Part shown: piece after piece, positions 1 to 12,441 of the stretch
How the letters are laid out: every line of letters starts with the position of its first letter
Position numbering within the stretch: the first letter of the stretch is position 1
From: Chiloscyllium plagiosum
Taxonomy: Eukaryota
NCBI RefSeq assembly: GCF_004010195.1
Contig: NC_057738.1
Span: forward strand, 22,898,030 to 22,951,844
Direction of reading: 5' to 3'
Length of the DNA: 53,815 nt
Translations under genes and position numbers: made by a program
Notes under the pieces: model-generated
Told to the model about the DNA's origin: nothing
The model's database searches: none
What the model saw: only the letters and a program-made list of their open reading frames with translations

Positions 1-332
1 AGAGAAAGTGAGGGCTGCAGATGCTGGAGATCAGAGCTGAAAATGTGTTGCTGGAAAAATGATTGCAGGTTAGGAAGGCGTTGCTGAGTTTGAGGGATTT
101 GACTGAGACAAGGTGGGGGGAGGGGAAATGAGGGAACTGGAGAAGTCTGAGTTCATCCCTTGTGGTTGGAGGGTTCCCAGGCAGAAGATGAGGCGCTCTT
201 CCTCCAACCGTCGTGTTGCCATGGTCTGGCGATGGAGGAGTCCAAGGACCTGCATGTCCTTGGTGGAGTGGGAGGGGGAGTTAAAGTGTTGGGCTACGGG
301 GTGGTTGGGTTGGTTGGTCCGGGTGTCCAGCA
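1..332 (-). mobile_element. Penelope-like element 3' fragment (GIY-YIG endonuclease C-terminus plus terminal repeat piece, family A)
   Basis: HPVAQHFNSPSHSTKDMQVLGL...RRLEEERLIFCLGTLQPQGMN; nt 2-58 match the termini at 17503 and 44743. Confidence 0.85.
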
Positions 333-382
333 ACACACTGAGAATAGGTTGCTTAGAAAGGCAATAGGGCACAAAACCTTTA

Positions 383-790
383 GAGAGTCATAAAGTCATA
401 GAGATGTACAGAATTAAAACAGACCTTTTGGTCCAACTTGTCAATGCTGAACAGTATCGTAAACTAATCTAGCCTCATTTGCCAGTATTTGACCCATATC
501 GCTCTAAACCCTTCCTATTCACATACCCATGCAGAGGTCTTTAAATGTTGTAATTGTACCAGCATCCACCACTTCCTCTGGCAGCTCAATCCATATGTGC
601 ACCACCCTCTGCATGAAAATGTTGCCCCTCAGGTCTCTTTTAGATTTTTCCCCTCACCTAAATCTCTGCCATCTAGTTCTGGACTCCCCCACCCCAGGGA
701 AAAGACCTTATCTATTTACCCAATACATGCCCCTCATGATTTTATAAACCTCTATAAGGTCACCTTTCAGCCTCTGATGCTCCAGTGAAT
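383..790 (-). mobile_element. CR1-clade LINE 3' end
   Basis: (GAGTCATA)n-type tail and 3' ORF2/UTR shared with the copies at 35508, 51100 and 52500. Confidence 0.8.
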
Positions 791-1339
791 ACAGGAGATA
801 AACAACATAGAAATCAAAAATAGAAATTTACAGTTCTGGTTTCAATAACTAGATTGTGCTCATGTTTTGTATCATGCAAGACTCTGAAAAACAGTTGTAC
901 TTAGCTGACTTTGTGTGACCAATTATTTTTTGTTCCAAAGTATACTCCCTAGTATAATTTTGAGGTTAATATAACAACAACTTGCCACTAATGTTTACTT
1001 TCTCTGAAATTTGCAAAGTAAATTACTATGGTTCTTACAGAATTAGTTCTTATCTATTCAAGTACACTGACCCTATTGTCCAGCACTTCTTGAAAAAAAA
1101 TGACCTTCATTGTGTAACCATCTAGGAAATGTTCTTAGTTGATGTTCAGTATATCTTTTACACAAGTGTTTCATTTTATTTCCACTGCAGTTCTGGGTTT
1201 AAAATATTCCTTTCTAATTACCAATAAAGCCCATTGTACTGGAATTACTGAGCAGGAATCTATCAATATTCTATGAAAAGGTTTAAAATGTTTTTCACTG
1301 AATGCAAACGGTAGCTTTTCTCGCTGTTTCTTTTCTTCA

Positions 1340-1748
1340 GCCTTGGTTTAGTGGTGTCACTCTTGCGTCTGAATCAGAAGGTTATGGGTTTCAGACCCAT
1401 TGCTGAAACCTGGTCATGTACTTTGATCTGGAATATTAAGGTTGTCTTGATGCAGTCCTGTACTGTAAGAGCAGCTGTATTTTGGATGGGGTGTAAAGCC
1501 AAATCCTTGTTTGCACACTGAACTGGGCATATTACATCCCTCAGCAAATTTCAAAGAGTAGGGATACGCTTAGCAATGGCCAACAATTAACACACAGTCT
1601 ACACCACTAACATCTCTGGTCATTGTTCCCTTGTTGTTATGAGAGCTTGTTCTGTACAGATTGATTACTGCACTTCCCTAGTACAATAGTAAAATACTGT
1701 GGAAAACGCAATATCATAAAAGGGGCTATGCAAGTGCAAATCTTCTTT
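1340..1748 (+). mobile_element. Old Deu-domain SINE (SacSINE1-like)
   Basis: tRNA-like head TGGTTTAGTGG...GGGTTTCAGACCC, Deu-like centre (TTTTGGATGGGGTGTAAAGCC...AAGAGTAGGG) and a tail ending AAGTGCAAATTCTTCTTT; recognised from memory of the consensus. Confidence 0.6.
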
Positions 1749-1940
1749 ACTACAATATGTTAAAGAATAATGATAAAGAAACCAATTATAATGCTGGTTT
1801 CAATCAAAAATGCCCAAGTTCATCTCTTTTGGCTTAAATGTCAGAGTTGATCAAGAATAATGGAGTCTTTTTTTTCCAACGTCTTTCACCCATTAATGAA
1901 ATTCTGCCCATCAGCTTCTGAGCACTGATTATATTTTTAA

Positions 1941-2162
1941 TGATTTGGAGATGTTGGTGTTGGACTGGTGCATACAAAGTTAAAAATCACACAACACCAG
2001 GTTATAGTCCAACAGGTTTAATTGGAAGCACTATCTTTCGGAGCGCTGCTCCTTCATCAGGCGGTTGTCACAACCATCTGATGAAGGAGCAGAGCTCCGA
2101 AAGCTAGTGCTCCCAATTAAACCTGTTGGATTTTAACCTGGTGTTGTGTGATTTTTAACTTT
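1941..2162. mobile_element. PLE-derived fold-back mini-element, family B, with a hammerhead core on each strand
   Basis: Inverted arms 1976-~2068 / ~2070-2162 plus a one-sided 35-nt tail; same family as 40319-40534; degenerate TSD TTATRTTYTTAATG at 1929 and 2161. Confidence 0.8.
2078..2106 (+). ncRNA. Minimal hammerhead ribozyme core (antisense partner at 2032-2060)
   Basis: CTGATGA-A-GGAGC-AGA-GCTCC-GAAA-GC-TA. Confidence 0.7.
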
Positions 2163-3522
2163 ATGTTCTTAATGTTACCGAAAAGTCAATGGGAGTGATG
2201 ATGTTCAGGAAAATATCTAAAAGTTGTGCCTGAACTGAGATTCAATGGTAGGTTGGGAACCTTTTCAAGATTGCCATACTTCAGCTAAAGTTAAATTCTA
2301 TTCCACATCGTGGCCTCATAACACTTGAAAAATATTGTCTGCAGTTAGCTTTTCATCAAACTCACTTTTGCACGGATCTGAAAGTGGCCTTAAAACATTG
2401 TCGGTCAAAAGGACCTGTGATTGTCAGAGATTGTGTGTCTGAAACCCTAACTGTGTTGCTTTCTCCAAGTCCTGCTCAGTCAATGTGCATTAACAAACTT
2501 CTGTTTTTATTTCAGATTTGTAACATCTGCAAATTCTGTTTCTGTATCAGTATAATGTGTCAGTTAAGTATTGCTATTCAACACATCATGAATTCATAAT
2601 CAAACCCAATCCTTTGAGCTGCAAAGGAAAATTGAAAGGAGAATTATTTGGGGCAGATCACATTACAAAATGGCAGTGCTGGAACAACATTTTCAAGGGC
2701 ATTGGACACAGTTCTTCCTCATCTGTCTTTTCACGAAACAGGAAGACAAAAACACGGCAGTAGAAGATTACATACAGTATTACAGCCATCAGGAGAAACA
2801 CGACACGTAAAGTTGTAGAGAAGGGATAATCAGTTAGGCGCCCTGCTTCTGGGCAGAATTGTCACGTCTAATAGGAGGGGAGAAGTAAAGTGGGTGAGAA
2901 ACTTGATTGAACAAGAAGCCAAAATTCAGACTCTTGAAGATGGGATAAACTTTTGAAATTCAGTTGACCTGCTTTAAAAGGTGAGCTAAACTTCCCAAAT
3001 TGGGAAATCTATTTGCATCTCATCAAAAGATCAACTAATATACCTCTTCCTGGGCAAGCTCTACCCAGCGGAGAAACACAGTCTACAATGTCTCAACTGT
3101 ATATGTACCTGATGAGCTAGACTTCTTCCTAGACTTCAGAGTAAGTAGTTGTTGCTTTGTCCTTCGAGAGACATGGAGTTAAACTGTTGCATAAGAGTAT
3201 TAGGACTCTGGAGCAACTTTGCAACAATGTCATGGAGCTGTACATTACTGAGTATAAATGGCACAGAGTGGGGAGACTAAGAAACTTTGAAAGAAGATTG
3301 CAACACTCTGGAATGAAAAAGTCTTGAGAGCACATGGACATAAACACATTGAGAAGATAGGTTAATCCTAACTTAATGTACGTATAAGTCAGAGCCTACT
3401 GTAACTATAATTCCATGTACAGTGTTTAGCATGAATGTTCAGTAAATAATGTTATTTTGAAGTCTTAGCCTGAAGATAATTCTTGACTTTGCTTACAACA
3501 GACCTGAGGAGTGAGAATAGTT

Positions 3523-3881
3523 TAGAATTCATAGAATCCCTGCAATGCAGAAAGAGGCCATTCGGCCCACTGAGTCTGCATCAACCATCCGAAGAGCATC
3601 CCACCCAAAAACAGCCCCCTACCCTATCCCCATAACTCAACATTTACCATGATTAATTCACCTAGCCTGATGTCCCTGGACACTGCAGGGTAATTTAGCA
3701 TGGTCAATGCACCTAACCTGCGCATCTTTGTACTGTAGGAGGAAACCGGAGCACCTGGAGGAAACCCTCGCAGACACGGGAAGGAAATGCAAACTCCACA
3801 CATACAGTTACTCAAAGCTGGTATCAAACCTAGGTCCTGGCACCATGAGGCAGCAGTGCACAGCACCACATCATTGTGCCA
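3523..3881 (-). mobile_element. HE1 / V-SINE
   Basis: Reverse complement of the V-domain GGGTTTCCTCCAGGTGCTCCGGTTTCCTCC with a tRNA-like head. Confidence 0.85.
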
Positions 3882-3884
3882 CTC

Positions 3885-4472
3885 TTCAGCAAAGGTGGAC
3901 AAAAGGATTGATTAAGAAAGGGAAAATAGAGGATGAGAGTAAACTTGTGAGGAGTACAAAAACTGATTGTAAACATTTCTATAGATATTTGGAGAGAAAA
4001 GATTTGAGAAGACAGATGTAGGTCCCTTACATCAAAATCAGGAGAATTTATAATGGGGATCAAAGAAATGGCTGACCAACTAAATACAGTAAATGCTTTG
4101 TTTCTGCATTCACAAAGGAGGGCATGAATAATATACCAGAAAAGGTGAGGAGCACAGTGTTTGGTGAAATAGAGGAACTGAAGAAAATAAATATCAGTAG
4201 GGAAATGGTTTTGGGGAAATTGTTAGGATTGAAGACTGATAATTCCCCAGGCCCAGTAATCTACTTTACAGAGTAGTGAAGGGATTGGGCCGAGAAATAA
4301 TGGATGCTTTGGTGGTCATCTTTCAAGATTTTGCTGACTCTGGAACAGATCCACACATTGGAGGGTAGCAAATGTAATCCCTCTATTTAGGAAGGGTGGT
4401 AGAGAATAAACCGGGAACGATTGACCATTCAGCCTGACATTAGTATTGGGGAAATGGAGGAGTCCATTAGAA
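3885..4472 (+). mobile_element. CR1 LINE ORF2 fragment (host element of a nested stack, resumes at ~6670 and ~7598)
   Basis: Decayed ORF2 (KIEDESKL...KTDCKHFYRY; WRVANVIPLFRKG). Confidence 0.7.
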
Positions 4473-6668
4473 AATAAGACCATAAGACCATTAGAAATAG
4501 GAATGGAATTAAGGACATTCAGCACATTGAGTCTACTCCGCCATTTAATCATGGCGGGTGGGCATTTCAACTCCACTTACCCGCACTCTCCTTGTAGCCC
4601 ATAATTCCTTGCGAGATCAAGAATTTATCAATCTCTACCTTGAAGATATTTAATGTCCCGGCCTCTACTGCACTCTGTAGCAATGAATTCCACAGGCCCA
4701 CCATTCTCTGGCTAAAGAAATGTCTCCTCATTTTCATTCTAAACTGACCCCCTCTAATTGTAAGGCTGTGCCCATGGGTCCTAGTCTCCCCATCTAATGG
4801 AAACAACTTCCCAGTGTCCACCCTTTCTAAGCCTTGCATTATCTTGTGAGTTTCTATTAGATCTCCCCTCAACCTTCTAAACTCGAATGAATACAATCCC
4901 AGGATACTCAACCATTCATCGTATGTTAGGCCTACCATTACAGGGATCATCCATTTGAATCTCCAGGGACGTTTCCAGTGCCAATATGTCCTTCCTGAGG
5001 TGTGGGACCCAAAATTGGACACAGTATTCTAAATGGGACCTAACTAGAGCTTTATAAAGTCTCAGAAACGCATCGCTGCTTTTATAATCCAACAATCTTG
5101 AGATAAATGACAACATTACATTCACTTTTTTAATCATAGACTCATCCTGCAAGTTAACATTAAGAATCCTGGACTAGCCTGGAATACTTTGGCTTTATGA
5201 ATTTTCTCACCGTTTATAAAATAGTTCATGCCTGTATTCTTTTTCCAAAAGTGGAAGACCTCACATTTGCTCATGTTGAATTACATCAGCCATTTTTTTG
5301 GACCATTCTCCTAAATTGTCTAAATCTTTCTGCACCTTCCCCACCTCCTCAGAACTACCGGTCTGTCCACCTAACTTCATATCATCGGCAAACTTCACCA
5401 GAATGGTCCCCAGTCCCTTCATCCAGATCATTAATATATAAAATGAACACCTTTTATCCCAACTCTCTGTCTTCTATCAGACAGCCAATCCTCAATCCAT
5501 GCCAGTAGCTCACCTCTAACACCATGGGCCCTCACCTTACTCAGCAGCCTCCCATGAGGCACCTTATCAAAGGCAATTTGGAAGTTTTGATAAAGAACAT
5601 CCACTTGGTTTCCCTGGTCTAACCTATTTGTTACCTCGTCAAAGAATTCTAACAGGTTTGTCAGGCATGACCTCCCCTTACAAAATCCATGCTGACTTGT
5701 TCTAATCTGACCCTGCACTTCCAAGAATTTAGAAATCTCATCCTTAACGATGGATTCTAGAATTTTACCAACAATAGAGGTTAGTCTAATCAGCCTATAA
5801 TTTTCCATCTTTTTTCTTGATCCTTTCTTGAACAAGGGGTTACAACAGCAATTTTCCAATTATCTGGGACTTGCCCTGCCTCTAGTGACTTTTGAAAGAT
5901 CGCAACCAACATCTCTGCTATTCCCTCAGACACCTCTCTCGGAATTCTAGAATGTCCAATTTTTAGACCTTTTAACTTTTCTAGCACTTTCTCCTTTGTA
6001 ATGGCTACCATACTCAGCCCTGCCCACGACTCTCCTTAATTGTTGGGATATTACTCATGTCTTCCACTGTGAAGACTGACGCAAAGTACTTATTAAGTTC
6101 TTCAGCTATTTCCTTATTTCCTAGCACTAGCCTTCCTGCATCAATTTGGAACGGCCCAAATTGTCTACTTTTGCCTCTCATTTGTTTCTTATGTACTAAA
6201 ATAAACTTTTTTCTATCATTTCTAACATTACTGGCTAGCTTACCTTCATATTTGATCCTCTCCTTCCTCATTTCTCTCTTTGTTATCCTCTGTTTGTTTT
6301 TATAGTCTTCCCAATCTTCTGATTTCCCAGTGCTCTTGGCCACTTTATAGGCTCTCTCTTTCCCTTTGGTACATTTCCTGACTTCCTTTGTCAGCTATGG
6401 CTGTCTAATTCCGCCCATCCCACCCCCTGGATAATCTTCCTTTTCTTTAGGATGAACGTCTGTATTGTGTCCTCAATTATACCCAGACACTCCTGCCATT
6501 GTTGCTCTATTTCTTCCCCGCCAGGCTGCTTCCAGTCAATTTTCATCAGTTCCTCTCTCATGCCCCTGTAATTACCTTTACTTAACTGTAACATTATTAC
6601 CTCTGATTTTGCCTTCTCTCTTTCAAACTGCAGGCTGAACTCTACCATATTACAATCGCTGCCTCCTA
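4473..6668 (-). mobile_element. CR1 LINE, 5'-truncated, frameshifted reverse transcriptase
   Basis: [68 protein letters not shown]; (CATAAGAC)n tail at ~4475. Confidence 0.9.
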
Positions 6669-6817
6669 AGAAAATCAGTATCGGTAGCGAAATGATTTTG
6701 GGGTAATTGATGCAGAATCATTCAGTTGACATGGATTTATAAAGCAAAATCAAGTTAGACTTCTTCTTGGACTTAAGAGTAAGTAGTTGCTGCTTTGTCT
6801 TTCTAGTGACATGGATT

Positions 6818-7485
6818 GCAAGTGACACCAAAATTAGACGTGTAGTGGACAGCGAAGAGGGTTACCTCAGATAACAACAGAATCTGGACCAGATGGGTCA
6901 ATGGGCTAAGAGGTGGCAGACAGAGTTTAATTCAGATAAATGTGAGGTGCTGCATTTTGGGAAAGCAAATCTTAGCAGGACTTATACACTTAATGGTAAG
7001 GTCCTAGGGAGTGTTGCTGAACAAAGAGACCTTGTAGGGCAGGTTCATAGCTCCTTGAAAGTAGAGATTCGGGTAGATAGGATAGTGAAGAAGACGTTTG
7101 GTATGCTTTCCTTTATTGGTCAGAGNNNNNNNNNNNNNNNNNNNNNNNNNNNNNNNNNNNNNNNNNNNNNNNNNNNNNNNNNNNNNNNNNNNNNNNNNNN
7201 NNNNNNNNNNNNNNNNNNNNNNNNNNNNNNNNNNNNNNNNNNNNNNNNNNNNNNNNNNNNNNNNNNNNNNNNNNNNNNNNNNNNNNNNNNNNNNNNNNNN
7301 NNNNNNNNNNNNNNNNNNNNNNNNNNNNNNNNNNNNNNNNNNTGGATGGGTATATGAATAGGAAGGGTTTGGAGGGATATGGGCCAGGTGCTGGCAGGTG
7401 GGACTAGATTGGGTTGGGATATCTGGTCGGCATGGACGGGTTGGACAAAGGGTCTGTTTCCATGCTGTACATCTCTATGACTCTA
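6818..7485 (+). mobile_element. CR1 LINE 3' part spanning an assembly gap
   Basis: WAKRWQTEFNSDKCEVLHFG...; ends in the CTCTATGACTCTAT tail. Confidence 0.85.
7126..7342. other. Assembly gap (217 N)
   Basis: Run of N. Confidence 1.
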
Positions 7486-7597
7486 TTTAAACAGTTGCAT
7501 AAGGGTATTAGGACCGTGGAGCAACCTTGCAACAATGTCATGGAGCTGCATATCATTGGTATAAATGGCACAGAGCAGAGAGACTAAGAAAGCTGAA

Positions 7598-8810
7598 ATT
7601 GTTCGAGGAGGTAACTAATAGAGTTGAGGGGGGGGGAACCTGTGTTTGTGGTTTATTTGGACTTACAAAAGGCTTTCAAAAAGTCCCAAAGAGATTAGTG
7701 TGTAAAGTTAAAGTCTGTGGGATTGGGCAGAGCATATTGAGATGGATAGGAAACTAGTTGGCAGACAAGAAACAAAGAGTAGGAATTAGTATGTCCTTTT
7801 TCGAATGATAGGAAATCATTAACGGTATGCTGCAGGGATCTGTACTAGGACTCAGCTATTCACAATGTATATTCATGATCTGGATGGGTGGACTAAATGT
7901 AACATCTCCAAACTTGCAGATGACACAAAGTTGTGTGGGAGGGTCAGCTGTGAAGACAATGCAGAGATGCTTCAGTGTGACTTGGATAAGCTGATTGTAT
8001 GTGCAAGTGCATGGCTGATCAATGTAATGCGGATAAACATGAGGTTATCCACTCTGGTAGCAGATTATTTTCTGAATGGCTATAAATTGAGACAGGGAAT
8101 GTGCAATGAGACCTGGGTGTCCTCATACACTCGTCACTAAAGGTAAATATGCAAATGCAGCAAGTGGTAAAGTAGGCAAATGGTATGTTAGCCTTCATAA
8201 TGAGAGGATTTGAGTACAGGAGCAGGGACGTCTTGCTGCAATTGTACAGTAACTTGATGAAATCACACTTGGAATATTGTGTGCAAATTTGATCTCCTTG
8301 TCTGAGAAAGGATGTTGTTGCCATCGAGGGAGTGCAGAGAAAGTTTATCAGACTGATTCCTGAGGTGATGGGAATGGAGTATGAAGAGAGTTGAATCAGT
8401 TTGGATTATATTTACTGGAGTTCACAACAATAAGAGGGGATCTCATAGAAACTTATAAATTCTACAAGACTAGACATGGGTGGTGCAAGAAGGATGTTCC
8501 TGATGGTGTGGGAGTCCAGAACCAGAAGTCACAGTCTAATGATATACGGTAAACCATTTCGGACTGAGGTGAAGGAGGAGAAATTTGTTCACCCAGAGGA
8601 TGGTGAGCTAATGGAATTCACTACCATAGCAAGAAGGCCAAACATGGAATGATTTCAAGAAGGAGTTATATATATCACTTGGGGCTCAAAGGATATAGAG
8701 AAAAGCAGGAACAGGCTATTGAATTGGATGATCAGCCATGATTGAAATGAATGGTAGAGCAGGCTCAAAGGGCCAAATGGCCAACCTCTGCTCCTATTTT
8801 ATCTGTTTCT
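7598..8810 (+). mobile_element. CR1 LINE RT to 3' end (continuation of the host element)
   Basis: FEEVTNRVE, YIHDLD...ISKLADDTKL and a typical CR1 3' UTR. Confidence 0.85.
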
Positions 8811-8957
8811 TAAAACAGAAAGAGAATCTTGATAATGTTCTTGGTAGGCTTGTGCAAAATCCATAGTTCAGAATCCCTGCCAGTACTGCCAGTGACAGCA
8901 TTTTGTCCCGTTTGCATATAATTATTGTGCTTAATTGGGTGACATCACAGGGTGTTT

Positions 8958-9283
8958 TTTATTCATGGGATGTGGGTGTTACTGGCTGGGCCAGAATTTA
9001 TTGCCCATTCCTAATTTTCTGAGGGCAGTTAAGAATTAACCACATTACTGGGGGTCACATGTTGGCCAAATAAGTTAAAGACAACAGTTTCCTTCCCTAA
9101 AGGACATTAGTGAACCAGATAGGATTTTTCTAACAATTAACAATGATTTCATGGTCATTATTAGACTCATAATTCTACATTTTTTTAAAAATTGAATTCA
9201 AATTCCACTATCTGCCATGGCTGCATTCGAATGTGGGTTTGCTGAACATTACCTGGATTTCTGGATTAAGAGTCTAACAACAT
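8958..9283 (-). mobile_element. tRNA-derived shark SINE (related copies at 13010-13295 minus and 41850-42030 plus)
   Basis: Shared blocks TTTCCTTCCCTAAAGGACATTAGTGAACCAGAT and TTGAATTCAAATTCCA...TCTGCCATGG across copies. Confidence 0.65.
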
Positions 9284-9727
9284 TTTCTTTACAGGCAGAG
9301 TGTTTCACCAAGTGAAACTCTCTGCATACACGTTGTGAACCTTTCTGGGGATTCAAGCCCCAAAACCAAAGAAAAATGGAAGAAATGAACAAATGTAAAT
9401 CTTCGCATTCAGGAAATACAAACTTACAACGGATAAGAAAACGACCTAATGAGAAGCTAAAAAAAAGGGTAGGCATTTTCTAATCAACCTGCTCAGATAT
9501 GTCATTACACACCTCTGGAGCAAGTGCAACTTGACCCAGGACCTCCTGATCACAGAGATATGGACACCACCATCACATAGAACCACATCCCCTGCCCAAC
9601 AAAAAAGATATAAAATTAATTTAATATAAATACCTAGATGCTTTAACAAGTGGATGATGGAATTGGCTATTTTAGAGAAATAAAAGACAATGGACTGAAA
9701 GACCCTCTTCATCTGAAACTATCTATT

Positions 9728-10092
9728 TTTGATTTGATTTGATTTATTATTGTCACATGGACCTAGGTACAGTGAAATGTTTTGTGTGCAGTACAGGCAC
9801 ATCATTCTATACAAAGTGTATTAGGCTAATAGAAGAGATCGAAGAATACAATGTTACGGCTGCAGAGAAGATGCACAAAGAGTGAATTGGAGATAGTGAG
9901 GACTGTAGACCCTGGGAAGTCAGAGTCGATGAAGTGTGGAGCTGGAAAAAGCACAGCAGGTGAAGCAGCATCAAAAGAACAGGAGAGCCGGCGTTTCAAG
10001 TTGGGAAAGAGCGAGATTGACATTAAATTCAAAATTTGAGAGGTCCATTCAGAAGTCTAATAAGAGCGGGGAAGAAGCTGTTCTTGTATCTT
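9728..10092 (-). mobile_element. LINE 3' end with (TTTGA)n tail, interrupted at ~9890-10000 by a PLE family A terminal fragment
   Basis: TTTGATTTATTATTGTCACATG tail also seen at ~36072; the insert resembles 17503-17605. Confidence 0.55.
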
Positions 10093-11650
10093 ATGATAAT
10101 TGTACATTCATTTCTAATGCAGAAAAGCTATACATGAAGAAGTGCAAATGTTATTAGATACAATTTGTACCATTCAACTTTTTATCATGGAAATCTTAAT
10201 TATTTTTGTGAGTCACCCGCATTGCCTGACTATCTTATCAGTAATTACTTAAACATAACTTCCAAGCATTAAAGGTGATCATTACAAATTCTTTATAGTG
10301 ACTTGGGTTCTTCTCAGTCCTGGTATCAAATGACCCCAATTTGTTTGCCTTACCATTTGGCAGCTGTTATTTCCTAGCTACTTCCGATTATGAATCTTCC
10401 TTGTTCAATCTCTTCTTAAAATGTTATTTTTAATCAACTTGTTCAGACAAGTTATAGTGTACCTCTAGGGCAGAAGGGACTTGCGCCTGCACTTGAGAGA
10501 CACCACCATTGCTTCAGTCTGCACCACAAGAATGCTCTAAATTTTTAATTTCTCTTTGTCATTGTTAATTTGCACTTTAAGACATAGTTATTTCCATGAT
10601 ATTAAATATTAATGACACTCTAAAGTGAGCTTTCCCGGCAATTCTATAAACTAATGAATCATCAAATGGCTGGACAGGTGGTTCACAACTTAAAATTAAA
10701 TGAGTTACAGAGACCTAAAATGTCTTGTGGTCTACTTTAATACTGGAGTTCTATTGGATATTGTTTGTCACAAATGTCTAACAAATGCTTTGTGTTGTAC
10801 TTTGGAAATATGAAAATATTCGTAAGGTTTACAGGCAGTATTTGCCATTACAGAAACTATTATACTTTCTTTCATTTAAACCCATTATTCTAGAACTCGT
10901 TTATGTTAATATAGCAAGCATTAAATTGGAGTAATTATTTCATTGACTGGGTAGATATGAAGGGGGAAACAAGTGTGTGGAAGAAGCTGTAAAACTAAGT
11001 AGTTAAAAACTTCATCCACAAAGAAAGGTGTCTTGGTTTCTGTCTCACTGATTCACGTGAATTTGATTTGTCAATTTGGATATATGAAAATTTTCCAGAT
11101 TGGTCATGTGCTGCATTTGTAAATTCTCTCTTCGATCATGCAGCTCCAAGTCTGAAACACTGATCTCTTTCTTGGACTTTTGATAACTTGGTGGTAGGTG
11201 AATGTTCATCACTGATTGATGGAAATCTGTGACCTGTCCTACAATCACCACATAGACTGCATGATACAAACATCACTTTCATCATTGATCTAAATAATAG
11301 CTGCTCTCAAAAAGTTACCCTTGATGAGTAGATGCAATACTGAATGAGTTATACGATCTCAGCTTTCTATAAACAATTGCAGTTAATACTTGATAACAAA
11401 AGCTTCATTAACAAATGTCCTACTATTCAAAATAGTTTGAATTACCATATCTCTATAATGCAATGATACCATGGCTGTGTATTAGTGACACAAAACAGCT
11501 CAAGATATCCATTAGCGTTTCTCTGCTGCATCTTCCAGTTTCACGGAAGGATTATAAAGTAAATGCTAGCCAACTTCTTAAAGCCATTCCTAAAGCATTC
11601 AGGTAAAACACCCACATAATAAAATGAGCTGCCAGAGGAAGTGATGGAAG

Positions 11651-11866
11651 AGTCATAGAGTCATAGAGATATACAGCACAGATACAGACCCTTCGGTCCA
11701 ACTCGTCACGTACAATGACAACGTTTAAAAGGCATCTGGATGGGTATATGAATAGGAAATGGGCCAAGTGCTGGCAAATAGGACTTGATTAATTTAGGAT
11801 ATCTGGTCAGCATAGACAAGTTGGACTGAAGGTTCTGTTTTCGTGCTGTACATCTCTATGAATCTA
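11651..11866. mobile_element. CR1 3' end with an inverted duplicate of its terminus
   Basis: 11651-11708 is the reverse complement of ~11814-11866. Confidence 0.7.
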
Positions 11867-11877
11867 CAAAATCGATT

Positions 11878-12250
11878 TTAATTGGATGGAGGACTGTGTT
11901 CAAATGGCTAAAAAGCATCTCCCTTCCTCTTTTCTCAAATTGTAAATTGCCAACATTCCAGAAGAGAATAAAGACACATTTCAAAGATATCCTGAAGCTC
12001 TCCTTGAAGCATTTCGGATTGACATGAATGGTCTGAAGCATTCAAAAATGAAGACAATTTGTCTATCAAACTGCAACATGCTTTCAGTCCTGTTTTAACA
12101 AGACAGACTGGAGGTAGAAAGGGAAGAGAAAACAATTGTCCAGATTCCTTACACCCTAGATCCCAATACCTTGTGAGACGTTTTGCCTCTGCGTCCAAAG
12201 ACATGTAGGCCAAAAATGGGCTTGTTCTGTCACATGAAGACTGCAGCAAA
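11878..12250 (+). mobile_element. RTE-clade LINE 3' relic
   Basis: HFKDILKLSLK and a terminal C2H2-like PKTCRPKMGLFCHMKT. Confidence 0.6.
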
Positions 12251-12306
12251 AACTCATGAGGTGAGTAGATGTCATCATAGAATTGAGAATTAGTCACCAG
12301 ATATAT

Positions 12307-12441
12307 AAAAACTGAAAGAACTGTGGATACTGTAAATCAGAAACAAAAACAGAAGTTGTTGGAAAAGCTCAGCAGGTCTGACAGCATCTGTGAAGTGAAA
12401 TCAAAGTTAATGTTTTGGGTCGAGTGACCCTTCCTCAGAAC
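12307..12441 (-). mobile_element. PLE terminal repeat, family C, degenerate hammerhead
   Basis: Minus strand CTGAGGA-A-GGGTC-ACTC-GACCC-AAAA (G of GAAA mutated); similar to 29012-29140 and 34110-34194. Confidence 0.65.

Noticed and set aside
9295-9468. Plus-strand exon-like segment (TTTACAG|...AGG|GTAGGC) with MEEMNKCK...
   Set aside because: All three frames from the acceptor contain stops, and no partner exons or homology were found.
11935-12297. 120-aa minus ORF and a plus-strand GAG|GTGAGT donor
   Set aside because: Explained as a decayed RTE LINE 3' end on the plus strand.
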